From Ignavibacteriales bacterium (GTDB lineage: Bacteria; Bacteroidota; Ignavibacteria; UBA10030), in contig JACQBK010000016.1 in the NCBI GenBank assembly GCA_016194505.1, positions 5,654-69,653 on the forward strand: a stretch of 64,000 nucleotides of DNA, given 5' to 3'. Each line of letters begins with the position of its first letter. Position 1 is the stretch's first letter. The translations under genes were made by a program, and so were the position numbers. The notes below the pieces were generated by a model. The model was not told where the DNA came from, made no database searches, and saw nothing but the letters and a program-made list of their open reading frames with translations. This document shows positions 1-10,012 of this stretch, piece after piece.

Positions 1-456
1 ACCGGCGAAGAGCGTTTGATCATAGGTGTTGGGGTAGGATAAAAACTCATTATGGTTCACTTTCAGAATAAACGGAATCCTATGCGCATACTTTCGTGCG
101 ACCGCGCCGAGCACGCCGAGCGTCGAAGCAACAGCGTTGCATCCGCCTTCAAGAGCGAGCTTGACGATGTTTTCGGGAGCAAAGTACATCGGGTTGGGAG
201 CAAACGAAGCGCCCGCCGAATGCTCGATACCCTGGTCAACCGGCAAAATGGAAACGTACCCTGTTCCCGCTAATCGTCCATGGCCAAGTAACTGTTGAAG
301 GCTTTTTAGCACCGGCGTGGGACGATCCGATAATGCATACGCTCTATCAACATAATCGGGACCCGGAAGGTGCAGCGATTCTTTGGGAATCGTTTTGCAT
401 TGATGCTCTAAAAGATTTTTCGCTTCACTGCCTAATAACTGTTCAATGTTTATCAT
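1..456 (-). CDS. fbaB: Class I fructose-bisphosphate aldolase (FbaB/DhnA type), 3' end truncated by window edge
   Basis: Reverse-strand translation from ATG at 454-456 reads [24 protein letters not shown]...[10 protein letters not shown]...[20 protein letters not shown]...[18 protein letters not shown]. It is near-colinear with E. coli FbaB as recalled from memory. Confidence 0.85.
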   Translation of the reverse strand, partial: MINIEQLLGSEAKNLLEHQCKTIPKESLHLPGPDYVDRAYALSDRPTPVLKSLQQLLGHGRLAGTGYVSILPVDQGIEHSAGASFAPNPMYFAPENIVKLALEGGCNAVASTLGVLGAVARKYAHRIPFILKVNHNEFLSYPNTYDQTLFAG

Positions 457-726
457 GGGATATTATTCTCCTTTGGACAAAAAAACTCACTCGCTGAATA
501 AAAATATCATCAAACAAGACTGATACAAAAATATATCAAACGTTTGATTCTGTTGCAAGGAAGATTATCGGCTTTCAATTCTCAACTTTAAGAGCACTTT
601 TTTATGGGTGAGGTGACCTCGCCCATATTGGAAATTGGAAAAGTAGAAATAGTTAGTCATTTACGTGCGACGCACATGCAAAGTAGGGCGAATTTTAATT
701 CGCCTATTTGGGTAGGTAGGCTTGGC

Positions 727-752
727 GGACTGTCCCGAAGGGATTCCTTTGG
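727..752 (+). other. Conserved 26-nt motif GGACnGTCCCnAnGGGATTCCTTnGG inside a structured 5' leader; second copy at 9438-9464
   Basis: Seen directly. ggactgtcccgaagggattcctttgg here versus ggacagtcccaaggggattccttcgg at 9439-9464. The motif is embedded in nested inverted repeats: gtagggcgaa/ttcgccctac, ggcgaatt/aattcgcc and gggtaggtagg/cctacc. Confidence 0.35.
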
Positions 753-821
753 AAAAGTTCGCCCTACGTGGCGTTTACCACCTACCTTGATTCTCACTGC
801 AAATCTCTCTACTTTGTTTTA

Positions 822-1991
822 ATGAAAAAACAAATTGTACTGAAGAAAAACGAAGAGCACCGCATTCTCGCGGGACATCAGTGGGTGTTCAGCAATGAGA
901 TAAAAACGGTTCACGGTAGCCCGGAAAGCGGAGACGTCATTGAACTACTGCGCCATGATGAAAAATTCCTGGGGATCGGCTTTTATAATCCCCATTCGCT
1001 TATCGCCTTTCGTCTGCTGAGCAGGGAGCAGGAAGAAGTGAGTTTCGAGTTCTTTGAGAAACGAATCTCGAGAGCGTTACAGCTTCGCAAGCGCATGTAT
1101 TCCGATTCAGAAACGTTTCGCGTCGTTCATGGGGAAGGGGATTTCCTGCCCGGGTTGGTGATAGACAAATATAACGAGTACATCTCACTGCAAACCCTTT
1201 CTGTGGGAATGGATCGAAGGCTTACGCTGATTTGTGATGTTCTGGAATCCATATTTCACCCCAAAGCAATCGTTGAGAGGAATGAATCTTCATTGAGAAG
1301 CCTCGAACAGCTTCCCATAGAAAAAGGCGTTCTCCGCGGCACTATCGGACAGACCATCATTACGGAGAACGCTATAAAGTATAAGGTGGATTTGCTGGAG
1401 GGGCAAAAAACGGGCTTCTTTTTGGATCAGCGGGAAAACAGGAAATCTATCCGTCAGTATGTGAAGGATGCAACAGTGCTCGATTGTTTTTGCAACGAGG
1501 GCGGATTTTCACTCAACGCCGCATTAGCCCATGCGAAATCAGTCCACGCGATTGATATATCGCAATCAGCAATTGCAAACGCCAAAGTGAATACTACCAT
1601 CAACGATGTAACAAATGCAAGATTTGAAACGGCAGATGTATTCGAACGTTTGAAGGAGTTGGAAACTACGGGCGAAAAGTTTGATGTCGTCATACTCGAC
1701 CCCCCTTCGTTCAGCCGAAACAAGAAAACGGTCGCAACCGCACTCAAGGGCTATAAAGAAATCAACACACGGGCGCTTCACTTACTCCATGCGGGCGGAA
1801 TTCTCGTTTCAGCATCCTGCTCCCATCACATCACGGAAGAATCATTTATCGAAACCATTGAAGCTGGCGCTCGCGCCAGCCACCGCTCGATTCAATTATT
1901 GGAATTCTCCGGCGCCAGCCCGGATCACCCCTCATTGCCTACCATGCCGGAAACGAAGTATCTGAAATTTACAATCTTTGCAGTTCAATAA
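822..1991 (+). CDS. rlmI: Class I SAM-dependent rRNA methyltransferase, RlmI/YccW-like (PUA-like N-domain plus Rossmann MTase)
   Basis: ORF 768..1991. The likely ATG is at 822 (MKKQIVLKK...). The Rossmann region VLDCFCNEGGFSLNAA and the motif DVVILDPPSF are typical of RlmI/YccW-family 23S rRNA m5C methyltransferases. Confidence 0.7.
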   Translation: MKKQIVLKKNEEHRILAGHQWVFSNEIKTVHGSPESGDVIELLRHDEKFLGIGFYNPHSLIAFRLLSREQEEVSFEFFEKRISRALQLRKRMYSDSETFRVVHGEGDFLPGLVIDKYNEYISLQTLSVGMDRRLTLICDVLESIFHPKAIVERNESSLRSLEQLPIEKGVLRGTIGQTIITENAIKYKVDLLEGQKTGFFLDQRENRKSIRQYVKDATVLDCFCNEGGFSLNAALAHAKSVHAIDISQSAIANAKVNTTINDVTNARFETADVFERLKELETTGEKFDVVILDPPSFSRNKKTVATALKGYKEINTRALHLLHAGGILVSASCSHHITEESFIETIEAGARASHRSIQLLEFSGASPDHPSLPTMPETKYLKFTIFAVQ

Positions 1992-2074
1992 AAATTTAGT
2001 TTGCTTCTCATTCCAAGGGGAATTATATTTCATGAGGTGATGTTGGATGAATATACAATATGGAGGGTTTGGTC

Positions 2075-2818
2075 ATGAAACGGCGTTTACTTTCTCTCGT
2101 TGCAATTGCGATCCTGTTTATTCCTTTCTCGGTGTTCAGCCAAGAACACGAAGGAAGGGATTCGACAATTATTTTTACTCCTTCAAACCCGGATATTATC
2201 CAAAAAAGCACTTACCAGCCGTTACGGAATGCGTGGGGGGTTGACATTCTCATCTCAAACAACGGATTCGGCGGCGGGGCGTTTTATCGTCACGAATATA
2301 CGGATGAGCTTTCCGGATTCATCTCGTTTGCCATTTCGGATGTGAAAGACGATAACGAAGTTGAGTTTTTCAACCAATTTACCGGTCAAAATTTTGTCCC
2401 TGGTAAGGTAAACCGGATGATACTGTTTCCACTAACCATCGGCGCACAATATCGCCTGTTTAAAGACGACATCGTTGACAATTTCCGGCCGTACCTTAGC
2501 ATTGGATTAGGACCTTCAATGGTCTTCGTATCACCCTACTCGACTACAAAGCAATACCAAGGACCTGATGGAGCGATTCTATCTCAACCGGAACAAGTGG
2601 AATTTTTCAACAGCCTAAAATACGGAAAAGCACATTACACCTTGGGCGGATATATTGGTGCAGGAGCATACTTCGGATTGGATAAAGGCACTCTTTCGGG
2701 AATAAGCATCCGTTACTATCTTGTCCCTTTCAGTAGCGGCATTGAAAGCATGAATAACGTCTTTATTAAAACATTCGGCGGTTTTTACATTACGCTGAAC
2801 TTCGGCTCGCTGTATTAG
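2075..2818 (+). CDS. Hypothetical outer-membrane beta-barrel protein with signal peptide
   Basis: GGAGGG RBS lies 6 nt before the ATG at 2075. The signal peptide is MKRRLLSLVAIAILFIPFSVFSQ. The sequence is Gly/aromatic-rich with alternating-hydrophobicity strands and an aromatic C-terminus (..NFGSLY). Confidence 0.5.
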   Translation: MKRRLLSLVAIAILFIPFSVFSQEHEGRDSTIIFTPSNPDIIQKSTYQPLRNAWGVDILISNNGFGGGAFYRHEYTDELSGFISFAISDVKDDNEVEFFNQFTGQNFVPGKVNRMILFPLTIGAQYRLFKDDIVDNFRPYLSIGLGPSMVFVSPYSTTKQYQGPDGAILSQPEQVEFFNSLKYGKAHYTLGGYIGAGAYFGLDKGTLSGISIRYYLVPFSSGIESMNNVFIKTFGGFYITLNFGSLY

Positions 2819-2846
2819 AAAAATTCAAGACTTCAATTGAACCACA

Positions 2847-2881
2847 ACGGCGTCCCGATGTATTGGGACGCCGTTTTTATT
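2847..2881 (+). terminator. Rho-independent terminator (GC hairpin plus T-run)
   Basis: acGGCGTCCCgatgtattGGGACGCCgtttttat lies immediately after the stop of the 2075..2818 gene. Confidence 0.55.
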
Positions 2882-3129
2882 TCAGTCTCACAATGCCCTA
2901 AAATGCCGAAGCGCTCTGAGAACCATAGAGCCTCCCCTTGGCTCTAGGGTCACACAAAGCGCTTCAGAACTACAATGCCAATATAATGGAATCGCCGGTG
3001 CCGCACTGTGATTGCAGTCACCAAGCAGCCTTTCCCTTTTTCACCAAGTCCATAAGATTGAAACTCTTCTCAACTTTTTTTACCATCGAATAGTATTGTA
3101 GCGTTTTGGCTTCCCCAAGCATCATACCT

Positions 3130-3690
3130 ATGAGCCGGCAAACCGAACCTATGCAAGAAGAAACCCAGTGGGTCAATAAAGCGCGACAAGGTGATCATAA
3201 GGCCTTTAAAATCCTTTATGATATACATATCGCGTCGTTATATCGGTTTATGAGGCAATTTTCACCTGATACGCATGAAGTGGAAGAATGGGTTCAGCGG
3301 GCATTCATCAAAGCATTTAACCACCTCGGCTCGTTCGATGGGAAAGCCCGGTTCTCAAGCTGGCTTTTTAGAATAGCAATGAATGAAATGCGGATGGATC
3401 GGCGGAGAGCAGCCATCATCCCTTTTACTCACCCGGAAGATGATGAAATTTCTTCCTCTCCTTCCAATGAAAAAGAAAGCGATGCTTGGGAATGGAATGA
3501 AACCATGAGAACGTGGATGCAAGAACTTGATGAGACAAAACGAATGGTTTTTTTACTCTATGAAGTAGAAGGATATTCGCACGCGGAGATTGCTTCGATG
3601 TTAGGAATAAGCGAGAGCACATCGAGAACGATTCTTTCCCGCACAAAACGGTACCTGAAAACACGATGGCAACAGGAGATGACGCAATGA
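3130..3690 (+). CDS. ECF (sigma-70 region 2/4) RNA polymerase sigma factor
   Basis: Region-2-like LYRFMRQF....AFIKAF and region-4 HTH LYEVEGYSHAEIASMLGISESTSRTILSRTKRYL. The ORF opens at TTG 3106; the first ATG at 3130 is taken as the start. Confidence 0.8.
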   Translation: MSRQTEPMQEETQWVNKARQGDHKAFKILYDIHIASLYRFMRQFSPDTHEVEEWVQRAFIKAFNHLGSFDGKARFSSWLFRIAMNEMRMDRRRAAIIPFTHPEDDEISSSPSNEKESDAWEWNETMRTWMQELDETKRMVFLLYEVEGYSHAEIASMLGISESTSRTILSRTKRYLKTRWQQEMTQ

Positions 3691-4190
3691 AACCCGAAGA
3701 ATATTATCAACCGAATGATTTGCCCGACAACACTACAAAGAGCATACTGTGGCATGCAATCGAAAAAGAAATTGCCCCGCATCGGTTTTCACTTTTTGCC
3801 ATAAACGATAAACGAAGTTTTGCGTACGGTATCGCGGCGGCTCTTGTGCTGTACCTTTCCACGGTAGGAGCTTTTACGCTCATCAAACAATTGATTGAAA
3901 ATGGCCAACCTTCCGTGGTGCAGGTAGATAAGGCATATCAATCCGCCATTTATGAATTTGAAAAAGTGATGCCAAGAGTTACAACCATATCGGGGTCGCC
4001 TCAAAACTCCGATGTCCTCTTGGCAAGAAAAGACCAGCTTAAGTTGCTCGATACAGCAATCAACGAGTTTAAGAGTGAAACACAAAATACCGACCTCTCT
4101 CCTCTGAAGCGGACAAAGCTCCGTCAGTTGTATAGTTTAAAATTGCAAATACTTCAACAAATGATCGAGAATGGAGAAATTGAATTATGA
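3687..4190 (+). CDS. Putative membrane-anchored anti-sigma factor
   Basis: The ATGA start/stop overlaps the sigma gene. There is a single predicted TM helix (YGIAAALVLYLSTVGAFTLI) and a coiled C-terminal region. The position directly downstream of the ECF sigma is typical. Confidence 0.55.
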   Translation: MKPEEYYQPNDLPDNTTKSILWHAIEKEIAPHRFSLFAINDKRSFAYGIAAALVLYLSTVGAFTLIKQLIENGQPSVVQVDKAYQSAIYEFEKVMPRVTTISGSPQNSDVLLARKDQLKLLDTAINEFKSETQNTDLSPLKRTKLRQLYSLKLQILQQMIENGEIEL

Positions 4191-5584
4191 AAACCCTTCT
4201 TGCAACATTAGCGATCTCATTGTTGCTTACAATGCCGGAATCCGATAAATCGCGCGATATTGAAAAAAGGATTCAAACACAGCCATCACAACGAATTGAA
4301 ATTAACGGCTTTAATGGGTCCGACATAACATTCAAATCATGGGATAAAAATGAAGTGTATCTCAAACTTAACGTCAGCATTTCTTCATCGGATGAAAGCT
4401 ATGAACGAGATTATATTGAATCGGTCAATGTTATAGACTCTCAGACGGCAAACGCGGTCATATTGACTTTTCGGGAACCAACAAAGGAATTTAACGGGAA
4501 GACGTTTTGGGGAACCGTAAAGTCTCTTTTTGTTTCCTACATTCGAAAAAAAATTTCCGGCGAGATTTATGTACCGCAGTCAAACCCGCTTTCGACGGAT
4601 ATGAAATATGGTTCTCTTTCGCTTGAAAATATGAGGGGGAGCGTCCGTTTGCTGGGGCGCAGCAATACCGTAACGCTAAAAAATTGCTCTACAATTGAGG
4701 AAGTCCAAAACGACTATGGCAAAACGACAATCGAGAATTCCGGCGGCAACCTCCAAATTGAAGGAAGAAGTGGCACGATTACTATAGATACATTCAACGG
4801 GCCCATCAGCGCGGATGCTGAATATTCGACTATTACCATAGGCAAGATTAAAGAGAAGCTTTCCATCAAGTCCCGGAGCGCAAAGTTGAAGCTTGAAGAT
4901 ATTCAGGGCGACTTATCTGTTAACTCCGACTACTCGAACATTACCATCAATAACGTCTCCGGCTTTGTCGATGTGGGGACAAAAAGCGGCACCGTCAAAG
5001 TAAAACAGGTCGAAGGAATCAATATCGACGCGGACTATACGAAGGTGGAGGTTATTTCTGTCAGTGGAAAATCAAAAAAGGAAATCATCATCAATGGACG
5101 TTCGGGGAGTCTTATCCTTGAAGACGCTGTCGGCGATCTGAAAATTGATAACCCGTATTCGAAAATGGATTTAAAGAAAATTCGCGGCAATGTTGAGCTT
5201 CGGACAACAAGCGCTACCGTGCGAGCAGAAGATATCATTGGAGATTGGACATCCTATACAGAATATGCAACGGTTACGCTCGATAATTTAACCGCGCAGA
5301 CAATTTCAATGACAAATAAAAGCAATCCGATCGAAGTTCAGCTTAAGAATGCCCCGAACAAAATCAGCATTAAAAACCAGTACGGCAGAGTTGATGTAGA
5401 AATGCCGCAGGGATTCAGCGGCGAAGTAAATCTTGAGTCAGAGTACGGAAAAATTGACACAAACTTGCCTATCAAATCAAAAAATCTCGGCAGCGGCGCT
5501 TATGGAATGGGAAAAATAGGCACTGGCAATGGCTCTATCAACATCGAAACTAAATCCGCAAACATTAAGTTGATTCAGCGATAA
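4187..5584 (+). CDS. DUF4097-like 'putative adhesin' beta-helical repeat protein, secreted
   Basis: ATGA overlap with the upstream gene. There is a signal peptide. Degenerate ~20-aa repeats (..SGTITIDTFNGPISADAEYSTITIG.., ..SGTVKVKQVEGINIDADYTKVEV.., ..YGRVDVEMPQGFSGEVNLESEYGKIDT..) are typical of the DUF4097/YvlB family that is co-operonic with sigma/anti-sigma pairs. Confidence 0.6.
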   Translation: MKTLLATLAISLLLTMPESDKSRDIEKRIQTQPSQRIEINGFNGSDITFKSWDKNEVYLKLNVSISSSDESYERDYIESVNVIDSQTANAVILTFREPTKEFNGKTFWGTVKSLFVSYIRKKISGEIYVPQSNPLSTDMKYGSLSLENMRGSVRLLGRSNTVTLKNCSTIEEVQNDYGKTTIENSGGNLQIEGRSGTITIDTFNGPISADAEYSTITIGKIKEKLSIKSRSAKLKLEDIQGDLSVNSDYSNITINNVSGFVDVGTKSGTVKVKQVEGINIDADYTKVEVISVSGKSKKEIIINGRSGSLILEDAVGDLKIDNPYSKMDLKKIRGNVELRTTSATVRAEDIIGDWTSYTEYATVTLDNLTAQTISMTNKSNPIEVQLKNAPNKISIKNQYGRVDVEMPQGFSGEVNLESEYGKIDTNLPIKSKNLGSGAYGMGKIGTGNGSINIETKSANIKLIQR

Positions 5585-5598
5585 CGTTGGACGATTGC

Positions 5599-5626
5599 AG
5601 AGCGTCCCGATACATCGGGACGCTCT
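5599..5626. terminator. Perfect 12-bp stem hairpin between convergent genes (bidirectional terminator candidate; no clear U-tract)
   Basis: agAGCGTCCCGATacatATCGGGACGCTct. It is nearly the same hairpin as at 2849-2874. Confidence 0.35.
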
Positions 5627-5634
5627 ACAACATT

Positions 5635-6105
5635 TTACGGGTAAAACCTCAACGCAATCCCTATTTCAAGACCCATTGCTACTGTGGGAGTCAATAGCAA
5701 CGATGGACCAAGCTCAAAAGCAATGTCAAAGGGAAATTCACGAGGAAGATAATCTACTCCGAACACTCCCCGAACGCCAAATGCAAACGAATTGCGTGCG
5801 AATGACCGCCCGGAAAGACCCGCATCGCCAATATATGCACCCGCTCCATAATAGAATGGGAGCTCGGCATTATGAAACGTATCATAATGACCCAAGTAAT
5901 CTACTCCAACCGTCAAACCTCCGCCGAACGAAGCGCCAATAGAACCCTGGTATGCAATGGTCGAGTTCTGCCAATACTTGATGGAAAATCCTGTCGGCGC
6001 ACCAAGGACCACTCCGACTCCCATCTTTTTTCTTGAATTGGCTCCATAACTCACCGAGGTTAATACCAAACCAAACAAGAAAGCAAACATCATTAGTTTC
6101 TTCAT
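5635..6105 (-). CDS. Small glycine-rich outer-membrane beta-barrel protein
   Basis: Signal peptide MKKLMMFAFLFGLVLTSVSYG, then Gly/Tyr/Phe-rich amphipathic strands. Confidence 0.5.
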   Translation of the reverse strand: MKKLMMFAFLFGLVLTSVSYGANSRKKMGVGVVLGAPTGFSIKYWQNSTIAYQGSIGASFGGGLTVGVDYLGHYDTFHNAELPFYYGAGAYIGDAGLSGRSFARNSFAFGVRGVFGVDYLPREFPFDIAFELGPSLLLTPTVAMGLEIGIALRFYP

Positions 6106-6250
6106 AAATCCTCCGGTTGAATTATAACTTGTTCCCAGAACTCTTTTCGTTTGCTGGAAGGGCTAAAGCCCTTCTCCGTTTTGGACGCTATTCTACCGTT
6201 AATTACTGTAAGGATTTTAACTCTCAAAAAACATTTAGAAAGAATCATCT

Positions 6251-9153
6251 TTAAAATGACTTGTAGAGATATTCCTTCAAAAACTTTCCCGTGTATGAGT
6301 TGGGAGATTGAGCTATGGTCTCCGGTGTTCCGGTGGCAACGATGCGACCTCCGGCGTCTCCCCCTTCGGGACCCAAGTCAATCACAAAATCGGCACATTT
6401 TACAACATCCATATTGTGCTCGATCACAACAAGTGAATGCCCTGCTTCTACAAGCGCATCGAAACATGTAAGCAGTTTTGCGATATCATCAAAATGCAAG
6501 CCGGTGGTAGGCTCATCGAAGATAAAGAGAATTTTCCCTTCTGTGTGCGATGCCGTAAGGTGGTGGGCAAGTTTTATCCGTTGCGCCTCTCCACCTGAAA
6601 GCGATGTCGCCGGTTGTCCCAGATGAAGGTATCCTAACCCGACATCATCCAATACCTGCAAGCGTTTTGCAACGCGTTTGCCATCGGCAAATTGGGAAAA
6701 GAACCCAATCGCTTCCATCACCGTCATTGCAAGAATCTCGTCAACATTTTTTCCATGATAACGGATTTCCAACACTTCCTGCTTAAAACGTTTTCCCTTG
6801 CATCCCTCGCAGATCAGATACAAATCGGCAAGGAACTGCATCTCGATTTTTTGGAACCCATCCCCCTCGCACACATCGCAACGACCTCCGGGAACGTTAA
6901 ACGAGAAATGCCCGGACTTAAACCCTCGAATCTTCGCCGCTTGCGTGTTTGCAAGCAAATCGCGAATGAGATCAAAGGCTTTAATATAGGTAATTGGATT
7001 CGACCTCGGCGTACGGCCAATCGGCGATTGGTCAACAAGCTCGACAAGATTAATGTGATGATCGCCTTTGATGGAAGAAAATTTCCCTACGCTCCCTTCA
7101 AACCCACCTTTGATTTTTTGGATGCCGGCATAGAGAATTTCATGTACCAGTGTGCTCTTGCCTGAGCCGCTTACCCCCGTAACGCATACAAACAAACCAA
7201 GCGGGATGCGGACGTCAATTTCTTTCAGGTTGTGTTCCGAAGCGCCCTTGACAAAAATAGATTGCTCGGAATCTTTCCGTCGTTTTTTCGGTACGGGAAT
7301 AGAGTTTTTGCCGTTAAGATACCGCGCCGTCAAAGATGTCGGATGCTTCAGCAATTCATCAATCGTTCCGTTGAAAACAACTTCGCCGCCGTGTTCCCCC
7401 GCCTTTGGTCCCATATCCACAACAACATCCGCAGAGCGCATCATTTCTTCATCGTGCTCAACGACCATGACCGTGTTGCCGACATCCCGAAGGGATTTTA
7501 AAATATTGATAAGCTTGTTGTTATCCCGCGGATGGAGACCGATGCTTGGTTCATCCAAAACGTATAACGAGCCGACAAGCGATGAGCCAAGCGACGTTGC
7601 AAGATTGATGCGCTGGGATTCTCCGCCCGAAAGCGTCATCGTCAGCCGGTCGAGCGTTATGTAGCCGATACCGACATCGTTCAGAAATTTTAGCCGCTTG
7701 CGGATTTCTTCCAAAATCCGTTTGGCAATGTCTATCTCGGCTTTCGTCAGCCTGATTTCTTGAAAGAACGCATGCGCTTCCTCAATCGTCATACGAACGA
7801 CATCATAAATTGTTTTCCCGCCGACACGAATGTTGCTTCGTTCCGCAATCGCGCCCCACCGCATTCATCGCACGTCGTATAACCCCGAAAGCGGCTTAAA
7901 AAAACGCGGTAGTGGATTTTGTAGGACTTGCGCTCAATGAATTTGAAGAACTTGTTAATGCCGTCAAATCCCTTGTAACCGTTCATGACTACATCGTGTT
8001 GTTGTTCGGTAAGGCGTTTGTAAGGAACATCCAACGGCACACCCGCTTCGCCCGCAATGCGTTGTAAGTCCAGAAGATTTTCTTTCCAGCGAGGAAATGT
8101 CCACGGGAACACCGCTCCCTCCCTGAGCGTTTTGGTGGGATCGGGTATGACTAAATCCATATCAATCCCCATCGAGCGGCCGAAGCCCTGGCATTTTGGG
8201 CACGCGCCGACTGGATTGTTGAATGAAAACATGCGCGGGTCGGGGTCCTCATAACGAATTCCATCATCAGGGCACTCATAATGCTGGGAGAAGCGGAGCA
8301 TTTTGGCGGAATCAAGCAACTGCACGAGAGCATAGCCTTCGCCTTCCACAAACGCCGCTTCGATGGAATCGGCTAAGCGCGTGTCGTTATCCTTATCATC
8401 CTTGCGGATAATCAAACGGTCAACGAGAACGAAAATTCCCTTTTTGCTTTTCGCTTTGTAATCGGTTTCGTTCAGGTCAATAAGTTCACCCGCCATCTTT
8501 TCGGCGGGTTCCGTAACGACAATCCTAAAGAATCCGCGTTGCTTGAGGACATCAAATTCTTCTTTGAGCGAGCGACCCGGATGGTCGTGCATAGGGAAAA
8601 GGATATAGAGCTTTGTCCCGTCCGATTCTTGTTTCAGACGATCAACAACATTCGAAACCGTATCGCGCTTAACGAGCTTGCCGCACACGCGGCAATACGT
8701 TTGCCCGATGCGCCCGAAGAGCAAGCGGAGATAATCGTACACTTCGGTCGTTGTTCCAACGGTCGAGCGGGGATTGCGGGTAGATGTTTTTTGCTCGATA
8801 GCAATGGAGGGGCTGATGCCCGAAATCAAATCTACATCGGGCTTATCCATTCGCTCGAGAAATTGGCGGGCGTATGAGGAGAGGCTTTCTACATACCGTC
8901 GTTGACCCTCGGCATAGATGGTGTCAAATGCGAGGCTCGATTTTCCTGAGCCGCTGACACCGGTAACAACGATAAGCTTGTTACGCGGAAGCTCCAGGCT
9001 GATGTTCTTGAGATTGTGAACCCTCGCCCCTTTGACAACGATTTTGGTAAGTTTTTTGCCTGCTCCCCCGTTTGTCGGGAACGGTGCGGTTACGGCAGGA
9101 TTCTCGCCTGCAAGAACTGCGGTTTTTTTCCTTTTTCTTTTTTCATTTTTCAT
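6251..9153 (-). CDS. uvrA: Excinuclease ABC subunit A (UvrA), reading frame broken by an apparent 1-nt frameshift near 7850-7865
   Basis: Two abutting ORFs (7789..9153 and 6251..7864) carry the UvrA N-half (..VTGVSGSGKSSLAFDTIYAEGQRRYVESLSSYARQFL.., zinc fingers) and C-half (second Walker A VTGVSGSGKSTL, two LSGGE signatures). The junction ..CDECGGARLRNEAT / NIRVGGKTIYDV.. is colinear with E. coli UvrA in a different frame. Confidence 0.85.
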
Positions 9154-9437
9154 TGAATAAGTAACTTACTTCATCAAAGCCGCAAAATCAAGAGGGATAT
9201 GGGATATGTCACGCGAAGCGGGATCTCCGCCGTAGGCGGATGCGCCTTCGGTGCAAGCCTCTGGCTGAGGATACGGGATGTGAGACGTGAGCTAAAGAAT
9301 GTGAGGCGGAAGACGGGAGATGAAACACACATCTCACATCTTGCTACCACTTTTTCCCCCGCCTCCCCTTGACTTTTAAGAGAGCCTTCCACAGATTAGT
9401 CGCAAATGAATCTCCAGTTGTCCGAGAGTTAAACTCT

Positions 9438-9464
9438 CGGACAGTCCCAAGGGGATTCCTTCGG
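9438..9464 (+). other. Second copy of the conserved GGACnGTCCC..GGGATTCCTT motif, flanked by perfect hairpins
   Basis: ccgagagtt-aaactctcgg hairpin, then the motif, then cttcgattccg-ttca-cggaatcgaag (11-bp perfect stem). Lies in the 366-nt divergent intergenic region upstream of uvrA. Confidence 0.35.
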
Positions 9465-9573
9465 AAGAATTTCTTCGATTCCGTTCACGGAATCGAAGAA
9501 CAATACAGATTAGTCTCAGATGAATCGTGTGAAATTGCCTTTCGATGGGCAGATAAAAAAGGAATCAAACTTC

Positions 9574-9978
9574 ATGGACAAAAAGAGAATTTCATCTATT
9601 ATAATATTCATCGGGGGTGCATTAATCTTTTTTATGGGGATTGCCCATGCATTGGGCATTTCCAGCATCAAGGAGTCATTGTCTCAACATTCTACGCTGA
9701 CTCAAAGCCGTCAGAACCAAATCTTGATTAATTGGGTTTTCTCCGGAGCGGCGATCAGCGCGTTGGGTCTCATTGCTTTCTTGCTTGCACCTCAAGTAAG
9801 AAGGGGAAAAAAGTTCGCACGAGACATTACCGCACTCATTGGAGTGTTCTTTCTTTTGATTTCTTTAATAGCGTACCTCATTGAGCCTGACCCAAGGCTT
9901 CTTCTCGTATTTACTTTTCCGGCGCTGTTGCTCCTGATGCCTATGATATTCTTCAGGAAAGAATTTACCTCGGACTAA
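9574..9978 (+). CDS. Hypothetical small integral membrane protein (4 TM)
   Basis: ORF 9520..9978. The start is uncertain; MDKKRISSIIIFIGGALIFF at 9574 was chosen. Four hydrophobic helices. Confidence 0.45.
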   Translation: MDKKRISSIIIFIGGALIFFMGIAHALGISSIKESLSQHSTLTQSRQNQILINWVFSGAAISALGLIAFLLAPQVRRGKKFARDITALIGVFFLLISLIAYLIEPDPRLLLVFTFPALLLLMPMIFFRKEFTSD

Positions 9979-10012
9979 CATCGTAGTCTGAGCCAATGAA
10001 ACCTCGACTCCC

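Noticed and set aside
604-822. 72-aa + strand ORF in the fbaB/rlmI intergenic region
   Set aside because: It overlaps the structured, motif-containing leader and has no protein-like composition. The region is more plausibly non-coding RNA or regulatory.
6122-6182. Hairpin gaagggct-aa-agcccttc plus T-run as a terminator
   Set aside because: It is oriented for the + strand but no + strand gene ends upstream, since the neighbouring genes are minus-strand. The same gggctaaagccc unit occurs inside repeat copy A, so it is more likely a repeat fragment than a functional terminator.
9174-9392. 72-aa minus-strand ORF upstream of uvrA
   Set aside because: It lies in the hairpin-dense intergenic region, has no RBS and no homology features, and is probably spurious.
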